A DNA stretch of 64,000 nucleotides from Magnetococcales bacterium HCHbin5 (GTDB taxonomy: Bacteria; Pseudomonadota; Magnetococcia; Magnetococcales; Magnetaquicoccaceae). The notes beneath the pieces are model-generated. The model saw only the letters and a list, made by a program, of their open reading frames with translations. It made no database searches and was not told the DNA's origin. Below are positions 45,135-53,811 of the stretch, one piece after another. A program made the position numbers and the translations under genes. The stretch spans positions 47,785 to 111,784 of the forward strand of contig PEAG01000004.1 of the NCBI GenBank assembly GCA_002753505.1. The letters are read 5' to 3'. Within the stretch, counting starts at the first letter, position 1. Every line of letters begins with the position of its first letter.

Positions 45135-45427
45135 TCCATCTTTTTCAAAAAATTGCAGGGGTCTGGGGACTGTCACGGTCCCCAGTGGGGTGCAGGGGCG
45201 AAGCCCCATATGCGCCGATATGATCATGACATTCGTGTCTTTATTAATCTTTTCAAAAAATTGCATGGGTCTGGGGACCGTCACGGTCCCCAGTGGGGTG
45301 CAGGGGCGAAGCCCCATATGCGCCGATATGATCATGACATCCGTATCTTTATTAATCTTTTCAAGTAATTGCAGGGGTCTGGGGACCGTCACGGTCCCCA
45401 GTGGGGTGCAGGGGCGAAGCCCCTGCA
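45135..45427. repeat. tandem repeat, about 2.7 copies of a 108-bp unit (55-nt GC-rich palindromic element plus 53-nt AT-rich spacer)
   Basis: The 55-nt element TTGCAGGGGTCTGGGGACCGTCACGGTCCCCAGTGGGGTGCAGGGGCGAAGCCCC starts at 45153, 45261 and 45369. The intervening atatgcgccgatatgatcatgaca..ttattaatcttttcaa segments are near-identical. Confidence 0.9.
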
Positions 45428-45811
45428 TGTAACGGGCGTGCTTTCACCCAAGCCAATTTCCGTAGGAAATTGGCGCAGCGCGCCCAAAACGCCCCGCAGG
45501 GGCACTCCTGGAGGGCGGCAGCCCGACTGAGAGCGGGCCAGACGGCAACTGGTTCGGAAAAAAAACATTCCTGGCCTTGTATCAAAAAAAAACCCTGAAC
45601 GTCCGAAAGTTCTAGTCTCTTATCCAAACGTTTTCGATGACATGACCGTGCGAGTCGGGCTGCCGCCCTCCCAAGGTCGCCCCTGCGGGGCGGTTTTGGG
45701 CGCGTTGCGCAAATTTTCTGCGAAAATTTGCTTTGGGAAAACGCGCAGTTCATGCAGGGGCTTCGCCCCTGCACCCCACTGGGGACCGTGACGGTCCCCA
45801 GACCCCTGCAA
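45369..45811. repeat. 443-bp element with about 160-bp imperfect terminal inverted repeats (MITE-like or long hairpin)
   Basis: The left arm (45369 to about 45530) is the reverse complement of the right arm (about 45650 to 45811). The match includes the 55-nt element and inner sub-hairpins (gccaatttccGTAggaaattggc vs gcaaattttcTGCgaaaatttgc; gccccGCAggggc vs gccccTGCggggc). The centre is A-rich and unpaired. Confidence 0.85.
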
Positions 45812-45815
45812 TTGT

Positions 45816-47363
45816 TCAAGCCCCTGCACCCCGCTGGGGTTGGAACAGGCTGCTGGCCGTTGTCCGCAGCAATCTCCATAGAACGGTTGGTCGAAGCATA
45901 TCCCGGGCAATTCTGGTATAGGAGGCACTGCCCGTAAAGGTGTTCCAGAAAGCCGAGGAGAGAGGGCAGGCGTGACCACTCAAACTGTGTTCCTGTTTCA
46001 ACACGCCCATCAGCCCGCGCCGTAACAGAGGACTGGAGCGGAACAGGTGATCCATCGCAAAAAGCAGGTGACCAAGACGATTATCCCACAGCAAACCTCG
46101 ACAACTGGGCCAGTAGTGGCGATTGAAATCCTGCTCTGAGACACCATGGACCAGAGCCGTCAAGGCGCACCGCTTGGCCAACCGATGGGCGGCCCCAATA
46201 CCATCTTTGTACAAACGGGAGACACAGGCATCCCCAACCATCACCACCCGGTCACCAAAAGGATGCACGGGGGGCCCAATCTGGATTTGGGGTTGACAAT
46301 GACAGGGCTGCACCGGAATTTCCCACCCCTCCGGCAGACATTTGCGAACCTCGGGAGCCTGAAAAAATTGTTCCACCAACGGCGCATCAATCTGATCACC
46401 CAGCAAAATCAAGGTGGCATAATGACCCTTGGGGGTGATGGCTGCAAATTTCAGATGGGGAATATTTAACAAAAACACGTGCATGGCGTGGCCCAGATGC
46501 GACTGGACCGTCTCTGCACCCAGGTACAGCTCACCCACATAGGCCCGGGTGGTTTGGGGTCGGATGTAGCCAAATCCAAAAGACTCAAACAGTTGCAAAT
46601 TTTTGCTCTGATTGATACCGACGGCACCCACCAGGAGATCATAAGAGAGGGGTGGTGCGCTGGCGGTGATCACCGAAGGTCGGCCCTCGCGCCGTTCCAA
46701 ACCGATGACAGCGTGGGGCAGGTGGCGGGCCCCTTTCTGAAGAGCCAACTCCAACAGGAAAAGGTCAAAACTTTTCCAGGGCAACGGTTGCTGCTTTTCC
46801 GACCCCTGCGGCCCTGCACCACGAAAAATGGTGGCAATCCGCATCTCCTGCCTGGGTGCCTCAATACGGGCAGACTCTTCATCCGTATGGAGAATATAGG
46901 CGTTGATGGTGTCAATCACCACCGAAGGCGGCAGCAGGATGCCCTCTGTGGCCAACAACTGCATGAGGGATTCCGAAATGACACCGCCACACATGTTACA
47001 GCCTTTGGGACCGGTGGCAGAAAAAATTTTCGGTTCATAGATGTCGACAGCCAGTGAAATCCGCATCTTGGCAGCCAAATCCAACAAAAAGATGGCCGTC
47101 AGCGTCCCGGCTGGACCGCCCCCTGCGATGGCTACCGTTGAACCGTTGACCAATTTCACCGCATTTCCCCCCAACGGGCTTTTTTGTGTGTCCCCTGGAT
47201 TCGCCGCTAAAACGGCCGGGCATTCTCCCACAGTCGGACAGGTTTGGCAAGTCCACGGCAATATTTCAAATCCGGGCAGCAAAGGGGGGTATCGGGCAAG
47301 GGTGGGTGGGGGATCCCCGCAACCTCTCCATCCGGTATTGACAAAAGCGATCGGAAGGGCCAT
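45816..47363 (-). CDS. NAD(P)/FAD-dependent oxidoreductase (geranylgeranyl-reductase-like fold)
   Basis: Dinucleotide-binding VAIAGGGPAGTLTAIFL, GCNMCGG, and a later GDACVSRLYKDGIG motif. The last roughly 25 codons run into a partial copy of the palindromic repeat. Confidence 0.6.
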   Translation of the reverse strand: MALPIAFVNTGWRGCGDPPPTLARYPPLLPGFEILPWTCQTCPTVGECPAVLAANPGDTQKSPLGGNAVKLVNGSTVAIAGGGPAGTLTAIFLLDLAAKMRISLAVDIYEPKIFSATGPKGCNMCGGVISESLMQLLATEGILLPPSVVIDTINAYILHTDEESARIEAPRQEMRIATIFRGAGPQGSEKQQPLPWKSFDLFLLELALQKGARHLPHAVIGLERREGRPSVITASAPPLSYDLLVGAVGINQSKNLQLFESFGFGYIRPQTTRAYVGELYLGAETVQSHLGHAMHVFLLNIPHLKFAAITPKGHYATLILLGDQIDAPLVEQFFQAPEVRKCLPEGWEIPVQPCHCQPQIQIGPPVHPFGDRVVMVGDACVSRLYKDGIGAAHRLAKRCALTALVHGVSEQDFNRHYWPSCRGLLWDNRLGHLLFAMDHLFRSSPLLRRGLMGVLKQEHSLSGHACPLSSAFWNTFTGSASYTRIARDMLRPTVLWRLLRTTASSLFQPQRGAGA

Positions 47364-47413
47364 TTATGAGATGGCTTCCACTCTTTCAACCTATCCTGCC
47401 CGCAAGCAGTGCG

Positions 47414-48466
47414 ATGATCCATTTTGATTGGCCCTGGGTTTTTCTGATACTGCCGTTACCCTGGTTGGTGCGTTATCTGCTGCCCGCTGTCCAAGGAAAA
47501 AATGAAGCTGTTTTGAGGCTGCCGACCTCCGCCCAGAGTATGGCTTTGCCCGCAGCGGTGGATGCCTCCGGGCGGCGGCGTCCTGTAACCACCTGGATCG
47601 TTGCCACCCTGGCATGGCTGCTGCTGGTGGGGGCCGCCAGCCGTCCCCAATGGCTGGGAGAACCGGTCAATCTGCCGGTCAATGGTCGGGATTTGTTGCT
47701 GGCGGTGGACCTTTCCGGCAGCATGGAGGTGCGGGATTTTCAATTGGAAGATCAAATGGTGGACCGGTTGACAGCCATCAAGCAGGTGGCCGGTGAATTT
47801 ATCCGCCGTCGAAAAGGGGATCGGGTTGGCCTGATCCTGTTTGGCCGCAACGCCTACCTGCAAGCCCCGCTGACCTTTGACCGCAAGACCGTGCAAACCT
47901 TTCTGGAAGAGTCCATCATCGGCCTGGCCGGCAAAGAGACGGCCATTGGCGATGCCATCGGTTTGGCGGTAAAAAAAATTCTGGAACGGCCACTGGCCGA
48001 AGAGATCAAACAGCCCGCACCGACCGGTGCGGATGAGCAGGGCAAAAGATCCAGTCGTGTGCTGATTTTGTTGACCGATGGAGCCAACACCGCGGGACAA
48101 ATTTCCCCCATCAAAGCAGCCCAATTGGCCGCCAGTGAAGGGCTGAAAATCTATACCATCGGCATCGGTGCCGATGAGATGCTGGTGCGTACCATTTTTG
48201 GAACCCGCCGGGTCAATCCATCGGAAGATTTGGACGAAAAAACTTTGACCGAGATCGCCAAGCTGACCGGTGGCCGCTATTTTCGGGCCAGGGACAGGGT
48301 GGCGTTGGAGGAGATATATCGGTTGCTGGATCAGTTGGAGCCGGTCCAGGACGACAGCCAGACCTTTCGGCCTACCCATGGTCTCTTTTACTGGCCGCTG
48401 GGAGCCGGTCTGCTGTTGGGATACGGTCTGGCATGGCGGTACCGTCTGGAAAGGCTGCGACCGTGA
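47414..48466 (+). CDS. batA: VWA-domain membrane protein BatA
   Basis: MIHFDWPWVFLILPLPWL opening, MIDAS DLSGSM, LLTDGANTAG, C-terminal TM. Confidence 0.8.
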   Translation: MIHFDWPWVFLILPLPWLVRYLLPAVQGKNEAVLRLPTSAQSMALPAAVDASGRRRPVTTWIVATLAWLLLVGAASRPQWLGEPVNLPVNGRDLLLAVDLSGSMEVRDFQLEDQMVDRLTAIKQVAGEFIRRRKGDRVGLILFGRNAYLQAPLTFDRKTVQTFLEESIIGLAGKETAIGDAIGLAVKKILERPLAEEIKQPAPTGADEQGKRSSRVLILLTDGANTAGQISPIKAAQLAASEGLKIYTIGIGADEMLVRTIFGTRRVNPSEDLDEKTLTEIAKLTGGRYFRARDRVALEEIYRLLDQLEPVQDDSQTFRPTHGLFYWPLGAGLLLGYGLAWRYRLERLRP

Positions 48467-50289
48467 CCGAGTGGCATTTTTTGCGTCCTGAATGGTTGTT
48501 GGCGTTGGGGCCGCTGCTGCTGCTTGTCTGGCGGCTGGCAAAATCCACGTTGGCAGAGTCCAGCTGGAGCCGGGTCTGCGATCCCCATCTGCTGCCCCAT
48601 ATTTTGCATCAATCCCGCCAGGGAGCGGCCCAATGGGCCCCCTGGTGGGTCGGAGTGGTGGGAAGCCTGCTGATCGTTGCCATGGCAGGGCCGGTTTGGC
48701 ACCGGCTGCCGCAACCGGTTTTTCGCACCCAATCGGCCCTGGTGGTGCTGTTGGATCTTTCCCGCTCCATGGATGCGACCGATCTGAAGCCGAGCCGTCT
48801 GGTGCGGGCCAAGCATAAAATTATCGATCTGCTGCGCAAAAACCGGGCAGGACAAACGGGGCTGCTGGTGTTTGCAGGTAATGCATTTGTGGTGACCCCG
48901 CTGACCCATGACACCGGCACCATTACCGCCCAACTCTCCAGCCTGGAGACGGCCCTGATGCCCCTGCAAGGGAGTCGCCCGGATCGGGCCATTGAAAAGG
49001 CTCTGGATCTGCTCCGTCAAGGCGGGATTGCGCACGGCGATATTTTGTTGCTGACCGATGAGTGGGCGGGGGAAGAGTGGATGGCCAGCCGGGTAGCCAA
49101 GGAGGGGCATCGCCTGACCATCCTGGGGGTGGGTACGCCGGAAGGAGCCCCGGTACCGCTGGTGGATGGCGGCTTCCTGGAAGATGCCAATGGTGCCATT
49201 TTGATGGCAAAATTGGACGAACAATCGTTGAAAAGGTTGGCCCGCTTGGGGGGGGGAGGATACCAGTCCATCCAGACCGATGACCAGGATATCGATGCAC
49301 TGCTGCAGCGGGAGACCGCTGCCGATTTGAATAATGCCGTTAACAAAATGGAGCTGATGGCGGACGTATGGCGTGAAGAGGGGCCCTGGCTGGTGTTGCT
49401 GCTGCTGCCTCTGCTGGCACTGACTTTTCGACGGGGCATTTTTATCTGGCTGGGCCTGTTGCTGTCGATGCCAGGAGAGGGGCATGCGATCGATTGGGAG
49501 TCGCTCTGGAGTCGCCCGGATCAACGGGCCATGCGACAATTTGAGGCGGGCAAGTGGCAGGAGTCCGCCAGCCAGTTTACCGATCCGGCCTGGAAAGGGA
49601 CAGCCTACTACCGGGCCGGGGCGTATGAAAAGGCATTGGCCGAATGGCAGGGGAGTCACTCGACCGAGGCGTTATACAATGCCGGGACCGCATTGGCGAA
49701 GATGGGCCGGTTGCAGGAGTCGGCCCAGGCCTACCTGGAGGTATTAAAACAGCAGCCGGACCACCAGGATGCCAAACACAATCTGGAGGCGATTCAGCAG
49801 GCCATGAATCCGGCTGCCAAACAGGAGGAGAAGGCCGGTTCGTCGGATCAGCAAAAACAATCCGCGCAGCAGTCGTCACCGTCCAGCGCAAAGCCGCAGG
49901 ATGGGGGCGATAAACAGGAGAACAAAGCGGCCCAAACGGGAGAAAAGGATTCGGCAACACAAGGTCAGGATGGCAAGCAACGACAGGCTGAGAAGAACAA
50001 AGAGGCGGCGCAACAGGCGGAGAACGCCCAGAGCAAGGCGATGAAAGAGGCTGTTCAGAAACAAGAGGAGAGCCAGAGCGTGCAGTCGGATGTTTCCGAA
50101 ACAGCGGATGGCCAGCGGCGACCTGCGGGGGAGGAGCAGAGCCTGGACAAGGAGACAAAAGTGGCGATGGAGCAGTGGTTGCGCCGTGTCCCGGACGATC
50201 CGGGCGGTCTGTTGCGCCGCAAATTTCGTTATCAGTATCAACGGGAGGGGGGGCAGATACAGACAGAGGAGGGGATGCGCCCATGGTGA
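48463..50289 (+). CDS. batB: VWA plus TPR protein BatB (BatB/BatC-like fusion)
   Basis: GTG start overlapping the batA stop (GTGA). FLRPEWLLAL opening, DLSRSM MIDAS, TPR block (YYRAGAYEKALAEW...YNAGTALAKMGRLQESAQAYLEVLK), charged Q/K/E tail. Confidence 0.8.
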   Translation: MTEWHFLRPEWLLALGPLLLLVWRLAKSTLAESSWSRVCDPHLLPHILHQSRQGAAQWAPWWVGVVGSLLIVAMAGPVWHRLPQPVFRTQSALVVLLDLSRSMDATDLKPSRLVRAKHKIIDLLRKNRAGQTGLLVFAGNAFVVTPLTHDTGTITAQLSSLETALMPLQGSRPDRAIEKALDLLRQGGIAHGDILLLTDEWAGEEWMASRVAKEGHRLTILGVGTPEGAPVPLVDGGFLEDANGAILMAKLDEQSLKRLARLGGGGYQSIQTDDQDIDALLQRETAADLNNAVNKMELMADVWREEGPWLVLLLLPLLALTFRRGIFIWLGLLLSMPGEGHAIDWESLWSRPDQRAMRQFEAGKWQESASQFTDPAWKGTAYYRAGAYEKALAEWQGSHSTEALYNAGTALAKMGRLQESAQAYLEVLKQQPDHQDAKHNLEAIQQAMNPAAKQEEKAGSSDQQKQSAQQSSPSSAKPQDGGDKQENKAAQTGEKDSATQGQDGKQRQAEKNKEAAQQAENAQSKAMKEAVQKQEESQSVQSDVSETADGQRRPAGEEQSLDKETKVAMEQWLRRVPDDPGGLLRRKFRYQYQREGGQIQTEEGMRPW

Positions 50290-52133
50290 CGCCACGGACC
50301 AGGGGAGTGGCGCGGCGGGTTGGTGTGCTGCTGCTGTGTTTACTTTTTACGGCTTCGGCAGGAGAGGCGGCCTTTCAGGTCAAGACCGACCGGCAACCCA
50401 TTTATGAAGAGGAGTCCTTTCGGTTGCTGTTTGAAACCGACGCCGAGCTGAGCGGGACGCCGGATTTTTCCGTTTTGGAGCAGGATTTTGAGGTATTGGG
50501 CAAGCAGCAGGGCAGCAGTTTTCAATCCATCAATGGCAGGCACAGCCAGAAAAGCACCTGGACCGTCACGCTGTTGCCCCGCCGGGCCGGCTCCTTTACC
50601 ATTCCGGCGATTGCTTTTGGTGCCGAAAAAAGCCCGGAATACACGGTAACCATTCGACAAGGCAGCGCGCCCAGCTCGAAAAAGGCCGACAAACAGGGGG
50701 AAGATCTGTTCCTGGAGGTCAGTGCAAGCCCGGAAAAGGTTTATGTGCAATCGCAGGTGATCTATACGGTGCGATTTTTTCGTTCGGTGGAGATAACCGG
50801 GGCCTCGCTGACCGAGCCGCAGCTCAGCGCGACCGATGCGGTGGTGGAAAAACTGGGGGATGACCGTACCTTTGAGACCACTCTGCACGGGGTTCAATAT
50901 CTGGTGGTGGAACGACGCTACGCACTCTATCCCCAGCGGAGTGGCCAATTGACGATTGCCCCGTTGCGGCTGGAGGCACAGGTGGGCAAGAGAGGGCTGT
51001 TTGGTCTGCTGGACGACCCGTTCAGTGCGGGGGGCGGCAGTGTCAAACGACGCCACTCGACGGCGGTTCAGTTGGAGGTGATGCCGATTCCAGACTCCTT
51101 CCAGGGGCCTGCCTGGTTGCCCGCACACCGTTTACAATTGATGGAAAAATGGAGCGAAAATCCGCCCAAATTCCAGGTGGGGGAGGCGATCACCCGTACC
51201 TTGACCCTGTTGGCGGATGGTTTGACCTCGGCCCAACTGCCCGAAATTTCGGACATGGGACAACAGAACAGCAGCCAGCGGCCACCGATCAAACTCTACC
51301 CGGACCAACCCGTCCTGACCGACCAGCGCGAGCCGACAGGCATTATCGGCATGCGGCAGGAAAAGGTGGCGATGGTCCCCTTTCAGCCCGGTTCGTTTGT
51401 GTTGCCAGCCATACAGATTGTCTGGTGGAACATGGATACCCAGAGCAGAGAGGTGGCATCGTTACCGGAACGAACTATTACCGTAATTCCTTCCGCAACA
51501 ACTGTTACGCCGCCTGCCCAATCCATGGCGGCCCCGCGCAGTGTGCCGCAAACCACCAGCCCGGCAAAGGGATTGCCTGTACAGGAGTCTGTTTCCGAAA
51601 CAAACGTTACAGAAACAAAAACGGCCAATGCCACCCTCCAGGGTGAAAAAAAGGCGGGCGTGGGAGCGGTTGAAGTGGTTGCGGCGTACCCTCGTTGGTT
51701 GACCCATCTGTTGGCAGGGGGGTGGTTGTTGACCCTGTTGTTGGGTTGGCTGTGGCCTCGCCTGACCCGCCTGCGGCGTCGACCCGTTGCTGGCGATCTC
51801 TCTTCCCGTCCGCCAGAGCTGGATAAGGCGTTGGCCCTGTTGCAAGCCTCTTGCACGCAAAACAGCCCGGATAAATGCCGGGTGGCTCTGTTATCCTGGG
51901 CGCAGGCCTGTTGGCCTGAGCAGATATTACAGAACTTGAATGATCTGCAACGACTGCTGAATCAGTTACAGTTTGTGGATCTGGCCCAGGAAATTGTACG
52001 GCTCGACCATGCGCTCTTCAGTCCAAAATCGCCCGTCCCCTGGTCAGGTGCGGGGTTGTGGGAGGCAGTGCTTGCGCTACCCAAATCCGCCGCCAAACAG
52101 CCCCGGATGGTTGTGCCGCCGTTGTATCAGTAA
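50283..52133 (+). CDS. batD: BatD-family (oxygen-tolerance) protein
   Basis: The ATG overlaps the batB 3' end. Signal peptide, FQVKTDRQPIYEEESFRLLFE opening, and a late TM (LLAGGWLLTLLLGWLW). Confidence 0.75.
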   Translation: MVTPRTRGVARRVGVLLLCLLFTASAGEAAFQVKTDRQPIYEEESFRLLFETDAELSGTPDFSVLEQDFEVLGKQQGSSFQSINGRHSQKSTWTVTLLPRRAGSFTIPAIAFGAEKSPEYTVTIRQGSAPSSKKADKQGEDLFLEVSASPEKVYVQSQVIYTVRFFRSVEITGASLTEPQLSATDAVVEKLGDDRTFETTLHGVQYLVVERRYALYPQRSGQLTIAPLRLEAQVGKRGLFGLLDDPFSAGGGSVKRRHSTAVQLEVMPIPDSFQGPAWLPAHRLQLMEKWSENPPKFQVGEAITRTLTLLADGLTSAQLPEISDMGQQNSSQRPPIKLYPDQPVLTDQREPTGIIGMRQEKVAMVPFQPGSFVLPAIQIVWWNMDTQSREVASLPERTITVIPSATTVTPPAQSMAAPRSVPQTTSPAKGLPVQESVSETNVTETKTANATLQGEKKAGVGAVEVVAAYPRWLTHLLAGGWLLTLLLGWLWPRLTRLRRRPVAGDLSSRPPELDKALALLQASCTQNSPDKCRVALLSWAQACWPEQILQNLNDLQRLLNQLQFVDLAQEIVRLDHALFSPKSPVPWSGAGLWEAVLALPKSAAKQPRMVVPPLYQ

Positions 52134-52236
52134 TGGATGGAGGGGTCTGTTTCTGTAACAAGAAACGGTTTAAACGGTTGGCTTGTTTGGTTCTTTGCAT
52201 GTATGGTTTTATGTTACCGAAACGATGGGGGCCGTC

Positions 52237-52755
52237 ATGTATAGCCATTTGATACTGGGGGGGGCGCGTTCCGGCAAGAGTGCGGTTGCCGTTCAGTGGG
52301 CAGAGGAGAGCGGCCTGCCGGTATGTTTTGTCGCCACCGCGCAGGCACAGGATGCCGAGATGGCGCAGCGCATCCAACAGCATCAAGCCAGTCGGCCTGC
52401 CCATTGGCAGTTGGTGGAGGAGCCGATCGGTTTGGGGCGCGTGCTGGCAGAGTATTCCAACCCGCAGCGGTTTGTGATTGTCGATTGCTTGACCTTGTGG
52501 CTGACCAATTTATTGCTGCATGCAGATCCAGACCGGTTGCGGCAGGAGCGGGAGGCGTTGTTGCAATGGATGTGGCAGCCGGCGGGACCGGTTGTGTTGG
52601 TGGGCAACGAGACCGGTTTGGGTATTCAGCCGCTGGGAGAGTTGACCCGCCGTTTTGTAGATGCCAATGGTCTGTTGAACCAGGAGTTGGCCAAACGATG
52701 CAGCCGTGTCACCTGGGTGGTGGCCGGTATTCCCCTCTCTATCAAAGGACCGTGA
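52237..52755 (+). CDS. cobU: adenosylcobinamide kinase / adenosylcobinamide-phosphate guanylyltransferase
   Basis: LILGGARSGKS P-loop, VDCLTLWLTN, LVGNETGLGIQP. Confidence 0.9.
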   Translation: MYSHLILGGARSGKSAVAVQWAEESGLPVCFVATAQAQDAEMAQRIQQHQASRPAHWQLVEEPIGLGRVLAEYSNPQRFVIVDCLTLWLTNLLLHADPDRLRQEREALLQWMWQPAGPVVLVGNETGLGIQPLGELTRRFVDANGLLNQELAKRCSRVTWVVAGIPLSIKGP

Positions 52756-52758
52756 CTG

Positions 52759-53811
52759 ATGACACATGACTGGTTGCTGCAACCGATTCCCGCCCCCGTT
52801 CTGGAAATCCAGGCGCAGGCTGAGTACCGCCAGGGTCAATTGACCAAACCTGCGGGCTCTTTGGGTCGGATGGAGGAGATTGCGGTCCGGTTGGCTGCCC
52901 TGCAAAACAACCTGTTGCCCAGTTTGGATCGGGTGCGCATCGTGGTGTTTGCGGCGGATCATGGGGTGGCAGCGGCGGGGGTCTCTGCCTTTCCCCAATC
53001 GGTGACGGTGGAGATGATACGCAATTTTTCCCGTGGCGGGGCGGCGATTGCGGTACTGGCCCGCCAGTTGGAGGCCGGGTTTGAGGTGGTCGATGTGGGG
53101 GCGGTGACCGATCCTGCCCCTTTGCCTCATCTGGTCTCGTGTCGTGTGGGACCGGGCACGGCCGATTTTCGCTTTCAACCGGCCATGACGGCAGCCCAGT
53201 GTGCGCAGGCGTTGCAGGCAGGACGGGAGGCGGTGGAACGGGGGGTGGCGCAGGGGGTACAGTTGTTGATTGGCGGTGAAATGGGCATTGGCAACACCAC
53301 GGCGGCCACCGCCGTGTTGGCGGCTCTGTTGAATCTTGCTCCCGCCGTGTTGGCGGGTCCAGGGACCGGGTTGACAGCAGAGGGGGTGACCCACAAGGTG
53401 CAGGTGATTGAAACCGCTTTGCGGCAACATCAGGGGTTGCTTGAGGATCCATTGGCCGTGTTGGCGGCTTTGGGTGGGTTTGAAATGGTGGCGTTGAGCG
53501 GGTTTTATATTGCGGCGGCTCAGCGTAGAATTCCGCTGTTGGTGGATGGTTTTATTGCCACCGCGGCGGCGGTGGCCGCCTTGCGCATTCAGCCGGATTT
53601 GCGGCCGTGGCTCTTTTTTTCTCATACCTCTGCCGAGCCGGGACAGCAGGCGATCATGGCTGCCCTGGGTATTCGGCCCCTTCTGGATTTGGGCTTGCGG
53701 TTGGGGGAGGGGAGCGGGGCGGCCATCGCGCTGCCCATTCTCCGACTGGCTTGTGCCCTGCATCGGCAGATGGCCACCTTTGCGGAGGCTGCTGTTTCTG
53801 GTGCCCATTGA
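52759..53811 (+). CDS. cobT: nicotinate-nucleotide--dimethylbenzimidazole phosphoribosyltransferase
   Basis: QLTKPAGSLGRMEE, HGVAAAGVSAFPQSVT, GEMGIGNTTAATA motifs. Confidence 0.9.
   Translation: MTHDWLLQPIPAPVLEIQAQAEYRQGQLTKPAGSLGRMEEIAVRLAALQNNLLPSLDRVRIVVFAADHGVAAAGVSAFPQSVTVEMIRNFSRGGAAIAVLARQLEAGFEVVDVGAVTDPAPLPHLVSCRVGPGTADFRFQPAMTAAQCAQALQAGREAVERGVAQGVQLLIGGEMGIGNTTAATAVLAALLNLAPAVLAGPGTGLTAEGVTHKVQVIETALRQHQGLLEDPLAVLAALGGFEMVALSGFYIAAAQRRIPLLVDGFIATAAAVAALRIQPDLRPWLFFSHTSAEPGQQAIMAALGIRPLLDLGLRLGEGSGAAIALPILRLACALHRQMATFAEAAVSGAH

Noticed and set aside
45135-45427. Regularly spaced 55-nt palindromic repeats that at first glance resemble a CRISPR array.
   Set aside because: The 'spacers' are near-identical copies of each other, so this is a simple 108-bp tandem duplication. 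There are only about 3 repeats and no cas genes in the window.
45153-45811. Possibility that the palindromes are integron attC sites.
   Set aside because: There are no GTTRRRY/RYYYAAC core sites, no cassette-sized ORFs between them and no intI gene.
44877-45979. ORFs of 119-183 aa in the track that lie inside the repeat block (44877..45428, 45361..45879, 45620..45979).
   Set aside because: Their sequences are generated by the repeats themselves (reiterated MGLRPCTPLGTVTVPRP peptides). They have no SD or family resemblance and overlap each other on both strands.
52134-52236. Searched for a second cobalamin riboswitch upstream of cobU-cobT-cobS.
   Set aside because: The roughly 100-nt leader has no GCCACTG / CCCGCAAC / B12-box elements and is too short.
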